From contig JAHFNT010000004.1 of the NCBI GenBank assembly GCA_023267195.1, forward strand, positions 64,603 to 128,602: a DNA stretch of 64,000 bases. Reading direction: 5' to 3'. This stretch comes from Candidatus Nomurabacteria bacterium. GTDB taxonomy: Bacteria; Patescibacteriota; Minisyncoccia; Phycocordibacterales; UBA9973. The notes beneath the pieces were generated by a model. It was not told where the DNA came from and made no database searches. It saw nothing but the letters and a program-made list of their open reading frames with translations. Positions 1 to 11,875 of this stretch are shown piece by piece. The translations under genes and the position numbers were made by a program. The first letter of the stretch is position 1; each line of letters begins with the position of its first letter.

Positions 1-2674
1 AGGGCGCCAGAAGTCGCAGTCAAGTTAAGCGCACCAGTAGTTTGAGTCAAGCCATTTGAAGCAGCCAAAGTACCAGTAGAAGTGATCGTGCCAGTACCTG
101 TTGTTGAAATATTTCCGGAAGTAGTAATATCGTTTGTTGTGGAGATAGAACCAAATCCAGAGGCAATCGAACCAGAAGACAAGGCGCCAGTGGCAGTAAT
201 AGAAGAAGTAACAACGTTAGAAGCAAGAGTTGTACCAGAAATGTTAGCAGCTGCGTTCACTGTTATTGAAGAATTAGGAAATGTTATTGTTCTGTCTGCC
301 GTAGGGTCAGTAAAAGCAAAAGTTGTTTCAAAAGCGTCAGCTGTTACTCCTTCAAAAACAAGAGGCGATGCTCCAGAAAATACCGCACTGCCAACATCAA
401 TAACTCCAGAAGTCGCAGTCAAATTAAGAACCCCATTTGTAAGTGTTAAACCATTTGATGCGGTTAAAGTTTGAGTTGAGGTAAGAGCGCCATTGTTTGT
501 CGTCGTCACTCCTGTCTGTCCTATCGCCACAGAAGTAGCAGTAGAAGTTCCGAGATTTAGAGCTGTTGTAGCGTCGAGAGTTAAAGATGTAGTAGAGGTG
601 ATAGATGTTGCCCCAGTACCAGTCAAAGTAGCACTTCCTGCCGCTATTCCAAAACGAGTTGCTCCACTTGTAATTAAATTAAGTCCGTTTGCATCAGTAG
701 TACCAAGAGTAGCAGTGGCACCGAAGGCATTGCCAGATTGAACAAAAGCAAAACCGCTAACGGTCCCAGAAGTTGCAGGTAATACAACCACTCTCCAACG
801 AGAAGCTCCAGAGTCATATTGCAAACCAACCGAAACCCCATCTGATAAAGTGAGATTACCTCCAGCAGTTGTCAAAATACGATTTGCTTCTGCTGAACCA
901 GCATCTTCATTTGTCAAAACAAGACTAGAACCAGAAACATTCATAATACGAATAAAACGACCGTCTGTTCCACCAGCAATACCAGTAAAAGTAGCAGTGC
1001 TTGCACCTGTATATCTAAACAAAGATCCAGTCCCAAGACTCACATCATTCTGCGTTCCAGTTGTCGCATAATCTGACCCTTTTGGAGTAGTATAATTTCC
1101 ACTTTGAGTAAAAGTGCCGCTTACTGTTTCTGCTCCACTTACAGTCAAAAGACCTGTACCAGTTGTAATAGCTCTATTGGTTGTAGTGTTAAGTCCAAGA
1201 GTTCCTGTCCCGGTCATATCTAAAACAGAAGAATTCCCTGCTAAAGTTATAGCTGTAGAATTTATTGTCGTAACCCCCGTACCTGTTGTAAAAGTATTTG
1301 AACCAGACACAATAGTACTCCCTCCAAAATTTATTCCTCCAGAACCGGAATTTATATTTATAGCAGTTGCTCCGGTTGTATTACCGACAGTAATAGTTTT
1401 TGCTACTGCATCTGTACCGACATTTATCGCCCCTGTACCAGACTGCAGAGTGATTGGGGTATTTAGTGTGGCACTGTCTCCAAGAATCAAACCACCGGTT
1501 GCCGTAGTATCAAAAATAGTTGTACCTCTGGCTCCCAAACTAAATGGCTTAGCGGTACTAGCAGCAATTGTAGCTATTCTTTGTAAATACCCAGTACCAG
1601 AAGAAGCGGAGGTTTCAGAAATATTAAAACCGTTGGTAGCACCAGACAAAACCCAATTCCAATTTATAATATTATTACCGTTACCAATGGTAGCATTACC
1701 TGTAGCAGCGCTAACGGAACTCAATGCTGCTGAACCAGCACCAGAAGGACTCCAAGTTAAATTACCAGCGCCATCATTGGTTAAAACATCTCCACTTCCT
1801 CCTTGTGAAGATGGAAATGAAGTGGTTACATTGTTGATTTTTGTAATGTTGCCAGTGACTTCATCTACATTGAGTTTACTTGTGTTTACAACACAAGTGG
1901 GACAAGCTCCAGCGGAAGACCAAGACAAAACACCCAATCCGTCAGTGGTAAGAACTTGACCAACGGTGCCATCGGAACCTGGTAGAGTCCAAACAACATT
2001 ACCACCCAAAAGATCCGGGGATTTGAAACCAATGTAATTTACTCCGTTCGCCACAAGTTCTGCAAAACGAAGTTCTGTGGTATCGCCAGCGCCAGTATCA
2101 AACGGATTTAATGTCAGACCAGAGGAAGAGATCAGAGTTCCCCCTCCACTACCTGCATTTATATTTACACTTGTTGCTCCGGTGACATTACCCAGGGTTA
2201 TGGTTTTTGCTACAGCATCAGTGCCAAGACTGATTGCTCCCGTACCGGTGTTTAAAGTAAAAATTCCATTTGTTGTAGTGTGAGTAGTACCTCCTGTGCC
2301 TGTATTTATGTTGACGGCGGTTGCATCAGTAATATTACCAATAGTAATTGTTTTAGCATTTGCGTTAGTGCCTATATTTATGGCTCCCGTACTTCCTGAA
2401 TCTAGGGTCAGTGCGCCAGTAGTTCCTGAAGTTATATTAAGCGCTGAACCAGCAGCGGATGAAAGAGAAAGCGTATTGTTTGTGGTGATCGTTGTTGCTC
2501 CTGTACCAGTCAGCGTCGCGCTTCCTGCAGCGATTCCGAATCGAGGATTACCACTTGTTAGGAAATTAAGCCCGTATGCATCGGTAGTACCAAAAACAGC
2601 TGTCGCACCAAAGGCATTTCCAGATTGGAGAATAGCATAAGAACTTATTCCTTCTCTGGTTGTGGGAAGAGTGT
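1..2674 (-). CDS. Giant Gly/Thr/Asn/Ala-rich repetitive surface protein, downstream portion. No start codon; continues past the window start. Probably the same gene as 2675-4777, interrupted by a frameshift.
   Basis: The minus-strand translation is open from 2699 down to the window edge. It reads ...ILQSGNAFGATAVFGTTDAYGLNFLTSGNPRFGIAAGSATLTGTGATTIT... The plus-strand ORFs in the track (82-2640) are PV/VA-rich mirror artifacts of it. Large internal repeats: ~480-740 resembles ~2290-2640, and ~1370-1450 resembles ~2150-2230. There is no ATG, GTG or TTG in the first ~60 codons after the upstream in-frame TGA at 2700-2702. Confidence 0.55.
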
Positions 2675-4777
2675 CTAAATGCCAAACATTTGTTGTGTGT
2701 CATATATAAAACCAACCATAAGATTTGGTGTTAGAGTTATATCACTACCGGTTGGTGTTTCAATTTGGTTGGCAGCTAATGAACTACCATTTAAGTTTGA
2801 AATAACTAAATTGCTTGCACTGTCATTAAATATATGAACCTCACGCCCATCTGCACCGCCAGCAATACCAGTAATTGTCGCAGTGCCAACACCTTCATAA
2901 TGAAAATAAGAACCATCGCTCAGTACTAAATTATTTAAAGTTCCCGTAGTGGTAATAGGGGTACCTCTTGGTGTAACGTAATTTCCAACAATTTTTATAC
3001 CACCATTAATAGTAGTTTCAACACCAGCTTTTCCAACACTCAAGGAAGTTGCATTTGTTGTGCCTAAATTTAAAGCAGCAGCAGAATCGACAGTCAAAGC
3101 ACCAGAACTTGTCGACCAAACAGACGCTCCTCCGCCTGTAATAGTCAAACCAGAAGAAGGAGTTATGGAAGTAATTCCTGTTGCTGAAGTAATGTTATTA
3201 TTAACACCAGCAATGGCATTAGCAAAACCAGTATGGCCAGAAGAGGCATAATCTAAGCCAGTCAGATTGGCATGATTTGTAACAGAAGTCGAAGAACTTC
3301 CTGACATCGAGATAAGTGAAGTTACTTCAGTGGCAGTCGAAGCAGATTTTTGAAAAACAATTTTCCCTAAAAGTTTTCCAAATACTTTTAAACGATTAGG
3401 TAACATAGAAACATCTGGTGCCATTTCAGCATCAGCCAATGACGAAGTGGTATATTCATCCATTCCATATACCATAGAAACCCTTGCGTTAGTATCTATA
3501 TAAAACCACAAGGTGGCATAATTGCCGTCTGTTATTGTAGCCAAGGTTCCTGAACTATCATCGTATTGTGTATTTGGCCATTGGGTAAGATTAGAAACTT
3601 TGGTAAAACCTCCTGATCCATCCATATAATACGCATCAAAATTACCAGTTATACTGGTATTGAGGGCTGGAACAGTATACCTATTCAGCCTGTCCCAAAC
3701 AGCGCCAGCTGTAAGTGTAATATTTCTAGTACCGGTTTCTCCCAAAACCAACCCTCCTTCGCGAATATCTGGAGAAAGTGGCATCGTTTCATATTCGCGC
3801 TGGATCATATTGGCCGCATGGTCACCAACAGCTTGTAAATCACTGTAAATATTTAACACCCCACCCTCATTAACAACCACGCCAATTGGAAAATCTGTTT
3901 TCAAATTCCAGTTTGCAGAAGTGCGAACTGTAACTTGCGGAGAACCTGAATTGTATTCAACTCCGACATAACGGATAGCATCTGTTGGAATAGCAACACC
4001 ACTTACCGCTGCCCAATCAAAATAATTGACTTGGCCAGAAATAGCATTATTACTTGTTCTAATAAGACCAGTACCAGCAGAAACATCTATGGTCTCTCCC
4101 CCAGCATCAGTGATAGTTCCGCCAGAGGTCCAGCCAGCCGAGTGGAAAACATTTTGCATATGCTGCAAGGTAGAAAAAGTAGAATTGCCTATTCGGGCCA
4201 ATGTTAAATTTTGCGCGCTGGCAGTACTCTGAAAAATACAATCTCCCCAAGCGCCATTTTCATAACAACGCAGTTTGTTTGTATTTGCATTGTAATACAT
4301 CGAACCGTTAGTTCCAGATGGATCACCAGCGTCAGATTTTACATCCAGAGTAAGCAAGTCTGGAGTAGAAGAACCAGCGCCGCCTGTACCGATTTGAATC
4401 GTACCGGAAGCTCCGGCATTAGCCGAAAGAACTAAACCTGAAGATGGTGTAGAGATAGTTCCACCACCGACAGATAAATTTCCAGCATCATCAATAGCAA
4501 CATCAAAAGATGCACCTTCAAAGGTGATAGTGTAACCACCTAAGGTTAAAGTTCTAGCAGCAGTAAGAGTAAGATCGGTATTACCAATATTAGTAACAGC
4601 AGGAGTTGAAACTCCACAAGAAGGAGAGCCTGGCGCGCAATCAGGTTCTAACGTATCTCCAGGAGCATAAACCGTTGCGTTGGCTACTTGCGATAATGAT
4701 AGACTAAATATAAAAATAAAAACAGTGAAAAATTTTGGAAGATAGTATTTTTTAAAATTGTATTTGAAATTGCTCAT
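2675..4777 (-). CDS. Large secreted Gly/Thr/Ser/Asn-rich repeat protein, N-terminal part with signal peptide (putative adhesin or S-layer-like surface protein)
   Basis: 700-aa ORF. N-terminal hydrophobic signal (FTVFIFIFSLSLSQVANA). Low-complexity G/T/S/N-rich body. C-terminal module ITGIAGGADGREVHIFNDSASNLVISNLNG...GFIYD also occurs in the minus-strand translation of ~800-1000. Confidence 0.7.
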   Translation of the reverse strand: MSNFKYNFKKYYLPKFFTVFIFIFSLSLSQVANATVYAPGDTLEPDCAPGSPSCGVSTPAVTNIGNTDLTLTAARTLTLGGYTITFEGASFDVAIDDAGNLSVGGGTISTPSSGLVLSANAGASGTIQIGTGGAGSSTPDLLTLDVKSDAGDPSGTNGSMYYNANTNKLRCYENGAWGDCIFQSTASAQNLTLARIGNSTFSTLQHMQNVFHSAGWTSGGTITDAGGETIDVSAGTGLIRTSNNAISGQVNYFDWAAVSGVAIPTDAIRYVGVEYNSGSPQVTVRTSANWNLKTDFPIGVVVNEGGVLNIYSDLQAVGDHAANMIQREYETMPLSPDIREGGLVLGETGTRNITLTAGAVWDRLNRYTVPALNTSITGNFDAYYMDGSGGFTKVSNLTQWPNTQYDDSSGTLATITDGNYATLWFYIDTNARVSMVYGMDEYTTSSLADAEMAPDVSMLPNRLKVFGKLLGKIVFQKSASTATEVTSLISMSGSSSTSVTNHANLTGLDYASSGHTGFANAIAGVNNNITSATGITSITPSSGLTITGGGASVWSTSSGALTVDSAAALNLGTTNATSLSVGKAGVETTINGGIKIVGNYVTPRGTPITTTGTLNNLVLSDGSYFHYEGVGTATITGIAGGADGREVHIFNDSASNLVISNLNGSSLAANQIETPTGSDITLTPNLMVGFIYDTQQMFGI

Positions 4778-4835
4778 GAAATGGCTTAACTTAAACCAAA
4801 CTGGGCTTCATGAGCCTCTAGATAAAAAAAATTAA

Positions 4836-5333
4836 TTATTCCTTCTTCTTCAATTTGGATTCCGTACCAACATAAAAGAGAATCGCCCCGTTGGTATCGA
4901 AAATTGGCGAAATAACAAGTTTAACTTCATAAAATTTCCCATCTTTACGTTTATTAGACAAAACAGTTTGAAAAGATTTCTTTTCTCCTTTTATGGCACG
5001 CCACATTTGCTTATAAAATTCCGGTGGCATTTGATTTCCCCATAAATCTGAAGGCTTTTTCCCTATCACTTCCTTTGTAGTAAATCCTGTTTCCTTTTCT
5101 GTAACCTTATTTATATAGACAATTTTTCCTTCGGGGTCAGTAATCATAACCTGATCAGTTACCTGCTCAAAAATTACGTTAATAGTACCGCAACGATTGC
5201 ACTTGATCTCTAAACTACCACCAAAAAAATCTTTGGCTAGAAGTTTATCGCACGAAACACAACGAATCGAATTGTCGGGAAGTTTTTTTGTTTCTTTTAT
5301 TTCGCTCATTGTATGATTCTCAACAACGCGCAC
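4836..5333 (-). CDS. Zinc-ribbon plus PAS-domain sensor protein (start may be Met9 at 5309)
   Basis: C-x2-C...C-x2-C ribbon (CVSCDK...CNRCG) followed by a PAS-like fold (ITDPEGKIVYINKVTEKETGFTTKEVIGKK...FYEVKLVISPIFDTNGAILFYVG). Confidence 0.6.
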   Translation of the reverse strand: MRVVENHTMSEIKETKKLPDNSIRCVSCDKLLAKDFFGGSLEIKCNRCGTINVIFEQVTDQVMITDPEGKIVYINKVTEKETGFTTKEVIGKKPSDLWGNQMPPEFYKQMWRAIKGEKKSFQTVLSNKRKDGKFYEVKLVISPIFDTNGAILFYVGTESKLKKKE

Positions 5334-5458
5334 CTTACGCGGACGAGTCCTAACGAGCTTCTAAGAGCTTCAGATAAGGTTTATTATAACATGCTAAATA
5401 TAAGAATTCATTAAAACACACCCCGCGACATGTGGATAAATGTTGTATAATAAAAAAT

Positions 5459-5547
5459 TGGCGGAACCGGAGGGATTCGAACCCTCGAGACCTTTCAGCC
5501 TACGCGCTTTCCAAGCGCGCGCACTCGACCGCTATGCGACGGTTCCA
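5459..5547 (-). tRNA. tRNA-Ser (anticodon GGA). Long variable arm, G73, encoded CCA.
   Basis: Reverse complement folds as acceptor GGAACCG/CGGTTCC, 3-bp D stem, anticodon stem CGCGC/GCGCG with loop TTGGAAA, a long variable arm and T arm GAGGG-TTCGAAT-CCCTC. Confidence 0.8.
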
Positions 5548-5594
5548 GTGATAACACTTTATCACATCTTGAATTTTAATAAAGCGTAAATTTA

Positions 5595-8155
<2,561 letters not shown>

Positions 8156-8156
8156 A

Positions 8157-8594
8157 TTATTCTATCCAATTAAATAAATTTTCGGAAAAAGTAATACTAT
8201 AAGTACCTGAACCTTGGTCCCAGTCAACCATTGAGAGTATCTTTACTTCATCATCCGAACCTATATCCACTATTGAAAGAGAGCGGCGAAAATTTGAATC
8301 ATTTACAAAAGGACATGTTATATCTGTATTGGGGTCAAGGGCTACAAAATCTTTCCACCCAAGTCCAGTGACAGCTGTATACAAAACATAATTATCACGC
8401 ACGTTTCTGATACATTCAATCCCCTCTTGCGCTAAATACGAAGCCTTCATTTTCTGTTTGGCATAGCCAGTATCAGAGATGCCAGAAGCCAAAACAGACA
8501 AAAGCGCCAATATAGACATAGTAAAAATTGAAATCGCCACCAATGTTTCTACTAAAGTAAACCCGCTATTTTTTTGTTTAAAAAATTTCTGCAT
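8157..8594 (-). CDS. Prepilin-type N-terminal cleavage/methylation domain minor pilin
   Basis: N-terminus KNSG|FTLVETLVAISIF matches the class III signal (G|FTLxE). Confidence 0.7.
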   Translation of the reverse strand: MQKFFKQKNSGFTLVETLVAISIFTMSILALLSVLASGISDTGYAKQKMKASYLAQEGIECIRNVRDNYVLYTAVTGLGWKDFVALDPNTDITCPFVNDSNFRRSLSIVDIGSDDEVKILSMVDWDQGSGTYSITFSENLFNWIE

Positions 8595-8599
8595 AATTT

Positions 8600-9217
8600 C
8601 TAAATATCTATTTGCCTTTGCGAAACGGAAGTTTGCAGCGAAAAAGGCGAGACAACATTTTTATAAGTTATTTTCCCGATCAATTTAATAGTAATAAAGG
8701 GTTGCTCATGATCGCCAGTACCATCCGGATCCGGTGCCTCGGCGCCAGTTACTAAAAAGGAAGAAGTCGCATCAATCTCTACTTCTTCGGGCGTCAATTG
8801 AATAAAATTGGACAAATTGGATGGACCATTGATTGATTTAAAAATTTTACCTGAATCTATATAGTAAACCCACTGATCATCATTGTTATCATAACTACCT
8901 AAAGCGCTCTCAAAAGCAACACCCCAGCCACCAGATGAACAACTTTTTGGATTACTCATGTTGGGAGTTGGCAATGTATCTTCTCCCGCAACCAAGCAGT
9001 GATAGTTGTACCCTGTCCTTAAATTTTTAGACATATCTTCCATAATAAAACTCAAGTTATCGATAATTGAACGCATATCACGTGATTTCTGGTGAAGTAA
9101 ATTAGCATTGAGAAGCGCGCCAGTGCCTATCATGACAATAATTATAAAAAGAGAAATAGCAATCATCGTTTCTATTATCGTATACCCTCCTTGATTTTTT
9201 AAATATTTTTTTATCAT
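8600..9217 (-). CDS. Prepilin-type minor pilin / pseudopilin
   Basis: N-terminus KNQGG|YTIIETMIAISLFIIIV matches the prepilin peptidase motif with Glu at +5. Confidence 0.7.
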   Translation of the reverse strand: MIKKYLKNQGGYTIIETMIAISLFIIIVMIGTGALLNANLLHQKSRDMRSIIDNLSFIMEDMSKNLRTGYNYHCLVAGEDTLPTPNMSNPKSCSSGGWGVAFESALGSYDNNDDQWVYYIDSGKIFKSINGPSNLSNFIQLTPEEVEIDATSSFLVTGAEAPDPDGTGDHEQPFITIKLIGKITYKNVVSPFSLQTSVSQRQIDI

Positions 9218-9243
9218 TTGATTTGGTGCAACTAGCTTGAATT

Positions 9244-9924
9244 TTAATCAACTTCTATTCTGCCCGATGGATATATTTTTATGTTGGAGTTCTCGCTAGA
9301 GGGCGAGGCAAAAACAATCTCTACATAAGAAACAACACCTAAATTTGCAGTCGATCTTAGAATTGCACCTGAATTAGGTCTAGAAAAAGTTACTGTCAAA
9401 TCAGTTATGGGCGTTGAACCACCTTCATAATAAACATCTAAACTAGAGATCCTATTTTCTTTTGTAATGGTAATTTTTTCTAAACATTCGCTATTGCCCA
9501 GACAGTCTGGATCTGCTAATTCTCCATTTTGATCTAAATCAGTAAAATAATTGAAGCTTTTATTGTCCCCCCCAGCACTAATGTCAAAATAAATTCCATA
9601 GGAGGGTCGCCAAGTAGGGTCAATTTGCGCCTGTTGCGAAAGTGGAGGAAGCACTCCGGATAGGGATGATTTTTGCGCTTCAATGACCTTGAGAGCAACG
9701 TCGCTGGCCAAATTTTTAACATCAATTTTGGATTGAAAATTACCGTAGTTAAAAATTGCAACAGAAGATAAAACAGAAAAAATAGAAAGGACGACAATAA
9801 GCTCTACATAAGTCATCCCTCGGGAATACTCGGGATGACACTGAGGAAACATCGAAGGTGTCATCCCGCCGTTGCAATTACTACTTTTCAATTTAAAATT
9901 ACGAATTATCATAAACAAATCCAC
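9244..9924 (-). CDS. Prepilin-type minor pilin. The probable true start is the ATG at 9864, giving leader MTPSMFPQCHPEYSRG.
   Basis: Contains ...EYSRG|MTYVELIVVLSIFSVL, a class III signal. The upstream extension of the listed ORF overlaps a perfect hairpin and has no pilin features. Confidence 0.65.
   Translation of the reverse strand: MDLFMIIRNFKLKSSNCNGGMTPSMFPQCHPEYSRGMTYVELIVVLSIFSVLSSVAIFNYGNFQSKIDVKNLASDVALKVIEAQKSSLSGVLPPLSQQAQIDPTWRPSYGIYFDISAGGDNKSFNYFTDLDQNGELADPDCLGNSECLEKITITKENRISSLDVYYEGGSTPITDLTVTFSRPNSGAILRSTANLGVVSYVEIVFASPSSENSNIKIYPSGRIEVD
9831..9868 (-). promoter_or_regulatory. Perfect 11-bp stem hairpin spanning the putative start codon and leader-peptide codons of the minor pilin gene
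   Basis: cgggatgacac...(16 nt)...gtgtcatcccg. On the minus strand the ATG lies inside the stem. Confidence 0.4.
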
Positions 9925-9935
9925 CTATATAGAAA

Positions 9936-10724
9936 CTAAAAAAGATGCAGTTCAAAAATGAATGATAAAAATACACCCACGGCTAAATAAGGAGCAAAAG
10001 GAAGTTCGCTTTTAAATCTGTATTTTTTGGAAAAAATAATAAGAAATAAACCAATAACAGACCCAATCCAGAAACTCAACACTGCGCCGGAAAGAGCTAG
10101 GGGAAAACCAAGGAGCCATCCTAATCCAACCATAAGTTTGGCATCTCCGAGACCCATCCATCTCCCCTTCGATATCAACCAGAATAAGGCAAAACAGATA
10201 GCAATCAGTAATGGATAAAAGAATTCTGCAACAGATGGAAGATGCGGATAAAAAGCGGGAAAAAATGATCGATCAAACAAAAACAACCCTATAAATGCCA
10301 AAAAACCAAAACCAAATGAAAGAATATCAGGAATTATTTTATGTTTTAAATCATAAACAGAAATTACTAGCAAAAGTGAAAATGCAACTGCGTAATAGGC
10401 ATACGTGGCAGTGAAAGATAGGGTTGAAAAAAGGAAAGTATTTTGAAATTTTAAAAACAAAGCGGCAAAAACAACTCCAGTCGCCAGCTCAACCATAGGA
10501 TACTGAATGGATATTTTGGTTTTACAAGTGCGGCATCTACCTCTTAGTCCTAAAAAACTGACAACTGGAATAAGTTCGTACCAAGAAAGCTTGTTTTGGC
10601 AAGACATGCAAGCACTCCTCCCCCCGAAAGACTTTTGGGTATTGAATCGAAAAATCACAACGTTCAAAAAGCTCCCGATGATAAGACCAAAAACAAAGAA
10701 AATAATTGTGAGAATTGGAATCAT
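9936..10724 (-). CDS. pilD: Prepilin peptidase (A24 family) PilD
   Basis: GSFLNVVIFRF, a tetra-Cys region (CMSCQNKL...CRTCK), a YPMVE motif and multiple transmembrane segments. Confidence 0.9.
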   Translation of the reverse strand: MIPILTIIFFVFGLIIGSFLNVVIFRFNTQKSFGGRSACMSCQNKLSWYELIPVVSFLGLRGRCRTCKTKISIQYPMVELATGVVFAALFLKFQNTFLFSTLSFTATYAYYAVAFSLLLVISVYDLKHKIIPDILSFGFGFLAFIGLFLFDRSFFPAFYPHLPSVAEFFYPLLIAICFALFWLISKGRWMGLGDAKLMVGLGWLLGFPLALSGAVLSFWIGSVIGLFLIIFSKKYRFKSELPFAPYLAVGVFLSFIFELHLF

Positions 10725-10742
10725 ATTCTAACTAAAAAAAAA

Positions 10743-11180
10743 TTAAGGGCACACGGTATTTCCCGCACCGAGCACATTCGTTCCTATTTTCATGATGGCC
10801 GTGTAATCTATGCAGGCATATTGTGTCGGATCTTCTTTGAGCTGAACTTGAGCTGCCCATTGATTTGTGCTACTACCCACCGTATGCACAGTTGTTTGAC
10901 TATCTAGAAAAGTTAAAATGGCTTGGATATTTACACTTGCAGAAGCCCAGGTATTATTACTGGTAAATAAATTATTATAAGAATTGCCATTACCAATAGC
11001 ATACAGCTCAGCCTCAGATCGCAGGGAAGCCATTTGCTCTTTAATGGCAGAATCTTTTCCTTTTTTCTGTGCACTAGAAAGCATTCCTATGACAATGGTG
11101 GCTAAAATTCCTATAATACCAACAACAACTAAGAGCTCCATTAAGGTAAATCCCTTTTTAAATATTTTTATATTTTTCAT
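10743..11180 (-). CDS. Type IV pilin (PilA-like)
   Basis: MKNIKIFKKG|FTLMELLVVVGIIGILATIV N-terminal methylation domain. 145 aa. Confidence 0.85.
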   Translation of the reverse strand: MKNIKIFKKGFTLMELLVVVGIIGILATIVIGMLSSAQKKGKDSAIKEQMASLRSEAELYAIGNGNSYNNLFTSNNTWASASVNIQAILTFLDSQTTVHTVGSSTNQWAAQVQLKEDPTQYACIDYTAIMKIGTNVLGAGNTVCP

Positions 11181-11223
11181 AAAATTAAATAATTAATAAT
11201 TGCTACCATTATACCATAAAAAC

Positions 11224-11256
11224 AAAAACCACCCCAGGAAGGTGGTTTTTGTTTTT
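11224..11256. terminator. Bidirectional rho-independent terminator between the two pilin genes
   Basis: aaaaaccacc-ccaggaa-ggtggttttt, with an A run before and a T run after. Confidence 0.6.
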
Positions 11257-11273
11257 AAGAAAAATTCCCAAAA

Positions 11274-11708
11274 TTATGAAGCCGGACAAACAACTACTGT
11301 TGCACCTATTGCTGCAGAAACAGCATGAGAAGCCCCAGCTGAATCTACACACCAATGGCCAGAAGACTTAAGCGGTGATGAAATAGCCCACGAGCTAGCA
11401 GCTCCTGAGGCCGGCTTACCACAAACAGCTGTACCACCCGAAGCCGTGTTAGCAGCAGCGATAGCAGAAGCAATTGTTGCGTTTTGCGTTACGCTGTTTG
11501 CTCCGCACACAGCATCATAGTCTCCATCTGTATCATAAATCAACTCTGCTTGAGCACGAGTGTTTGCCAAGTTTGCCTTTACGGCAGCATCAGCCCCTTT
11601 TGCACGCGCAGTATTGAGCGAAGCCAAAACAACAGAAGCAAGAATACCAATAATGGCAACAACCACTAAGAGTTCAATCAACGTAAAACCTTTTTTAAAA
11701 TTCTTCAT
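11274..11708 (-). CDS. Type IV pilin (PilA-like major pilin candidate). Has C-terminal Cys pairs.
   Basis: MKNFKKG|FTLIELLVVVAIIGILASVV. 144 aa. Confidence 0.85.
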   Translation of the reverse strand: MKNFKKGFTLIELLVVVAIIGILASVVLASLNTARAKGADAAVKANLANTRAQAELIYDTDGDYDAVCGANSVTQNATIASAIAAANTASGGTAVCGKPASGAASSWAISSPLKSSGHWCVDSAGASHAVSAAIGATVVVCPAS

Positions 11709-11875
11709 ACTTTTAAAATTAATTAATAATAATTTATAATCACGCCTCCCCGGCGTTTCAGCCGGTTAAGCTGAATATTTTCGACTTATTTTTAATATGC
11801 TTATTATATCATAAGGATAATAATCTATAAGCAACAAAGTTATCCACACCTGCCTGCGGCGGGTAGAGATAAATT

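Noticed and set aside
82-2640. Six plus-strand ORFs (130 to 281 aa) with Pro/Val/Ala-rich translations
   Set aside because: They are mirror-frame artifacts of the minus-strand Gly/Thr-rich repeat gene. The minus frame is continuously open and shows the coherent repeat architecture.
2675-2702. Possibility that the giant gene is read through via UGA=Gly recoding (genetic code 25, as in Gracilibacteria/SR1)
   Set aside because: TGA is used as a stop codon by ligA (5595-5597) and smpB (46469-46471) in this window. The two frames differ by a 1-nt shift, not by a stop codon.
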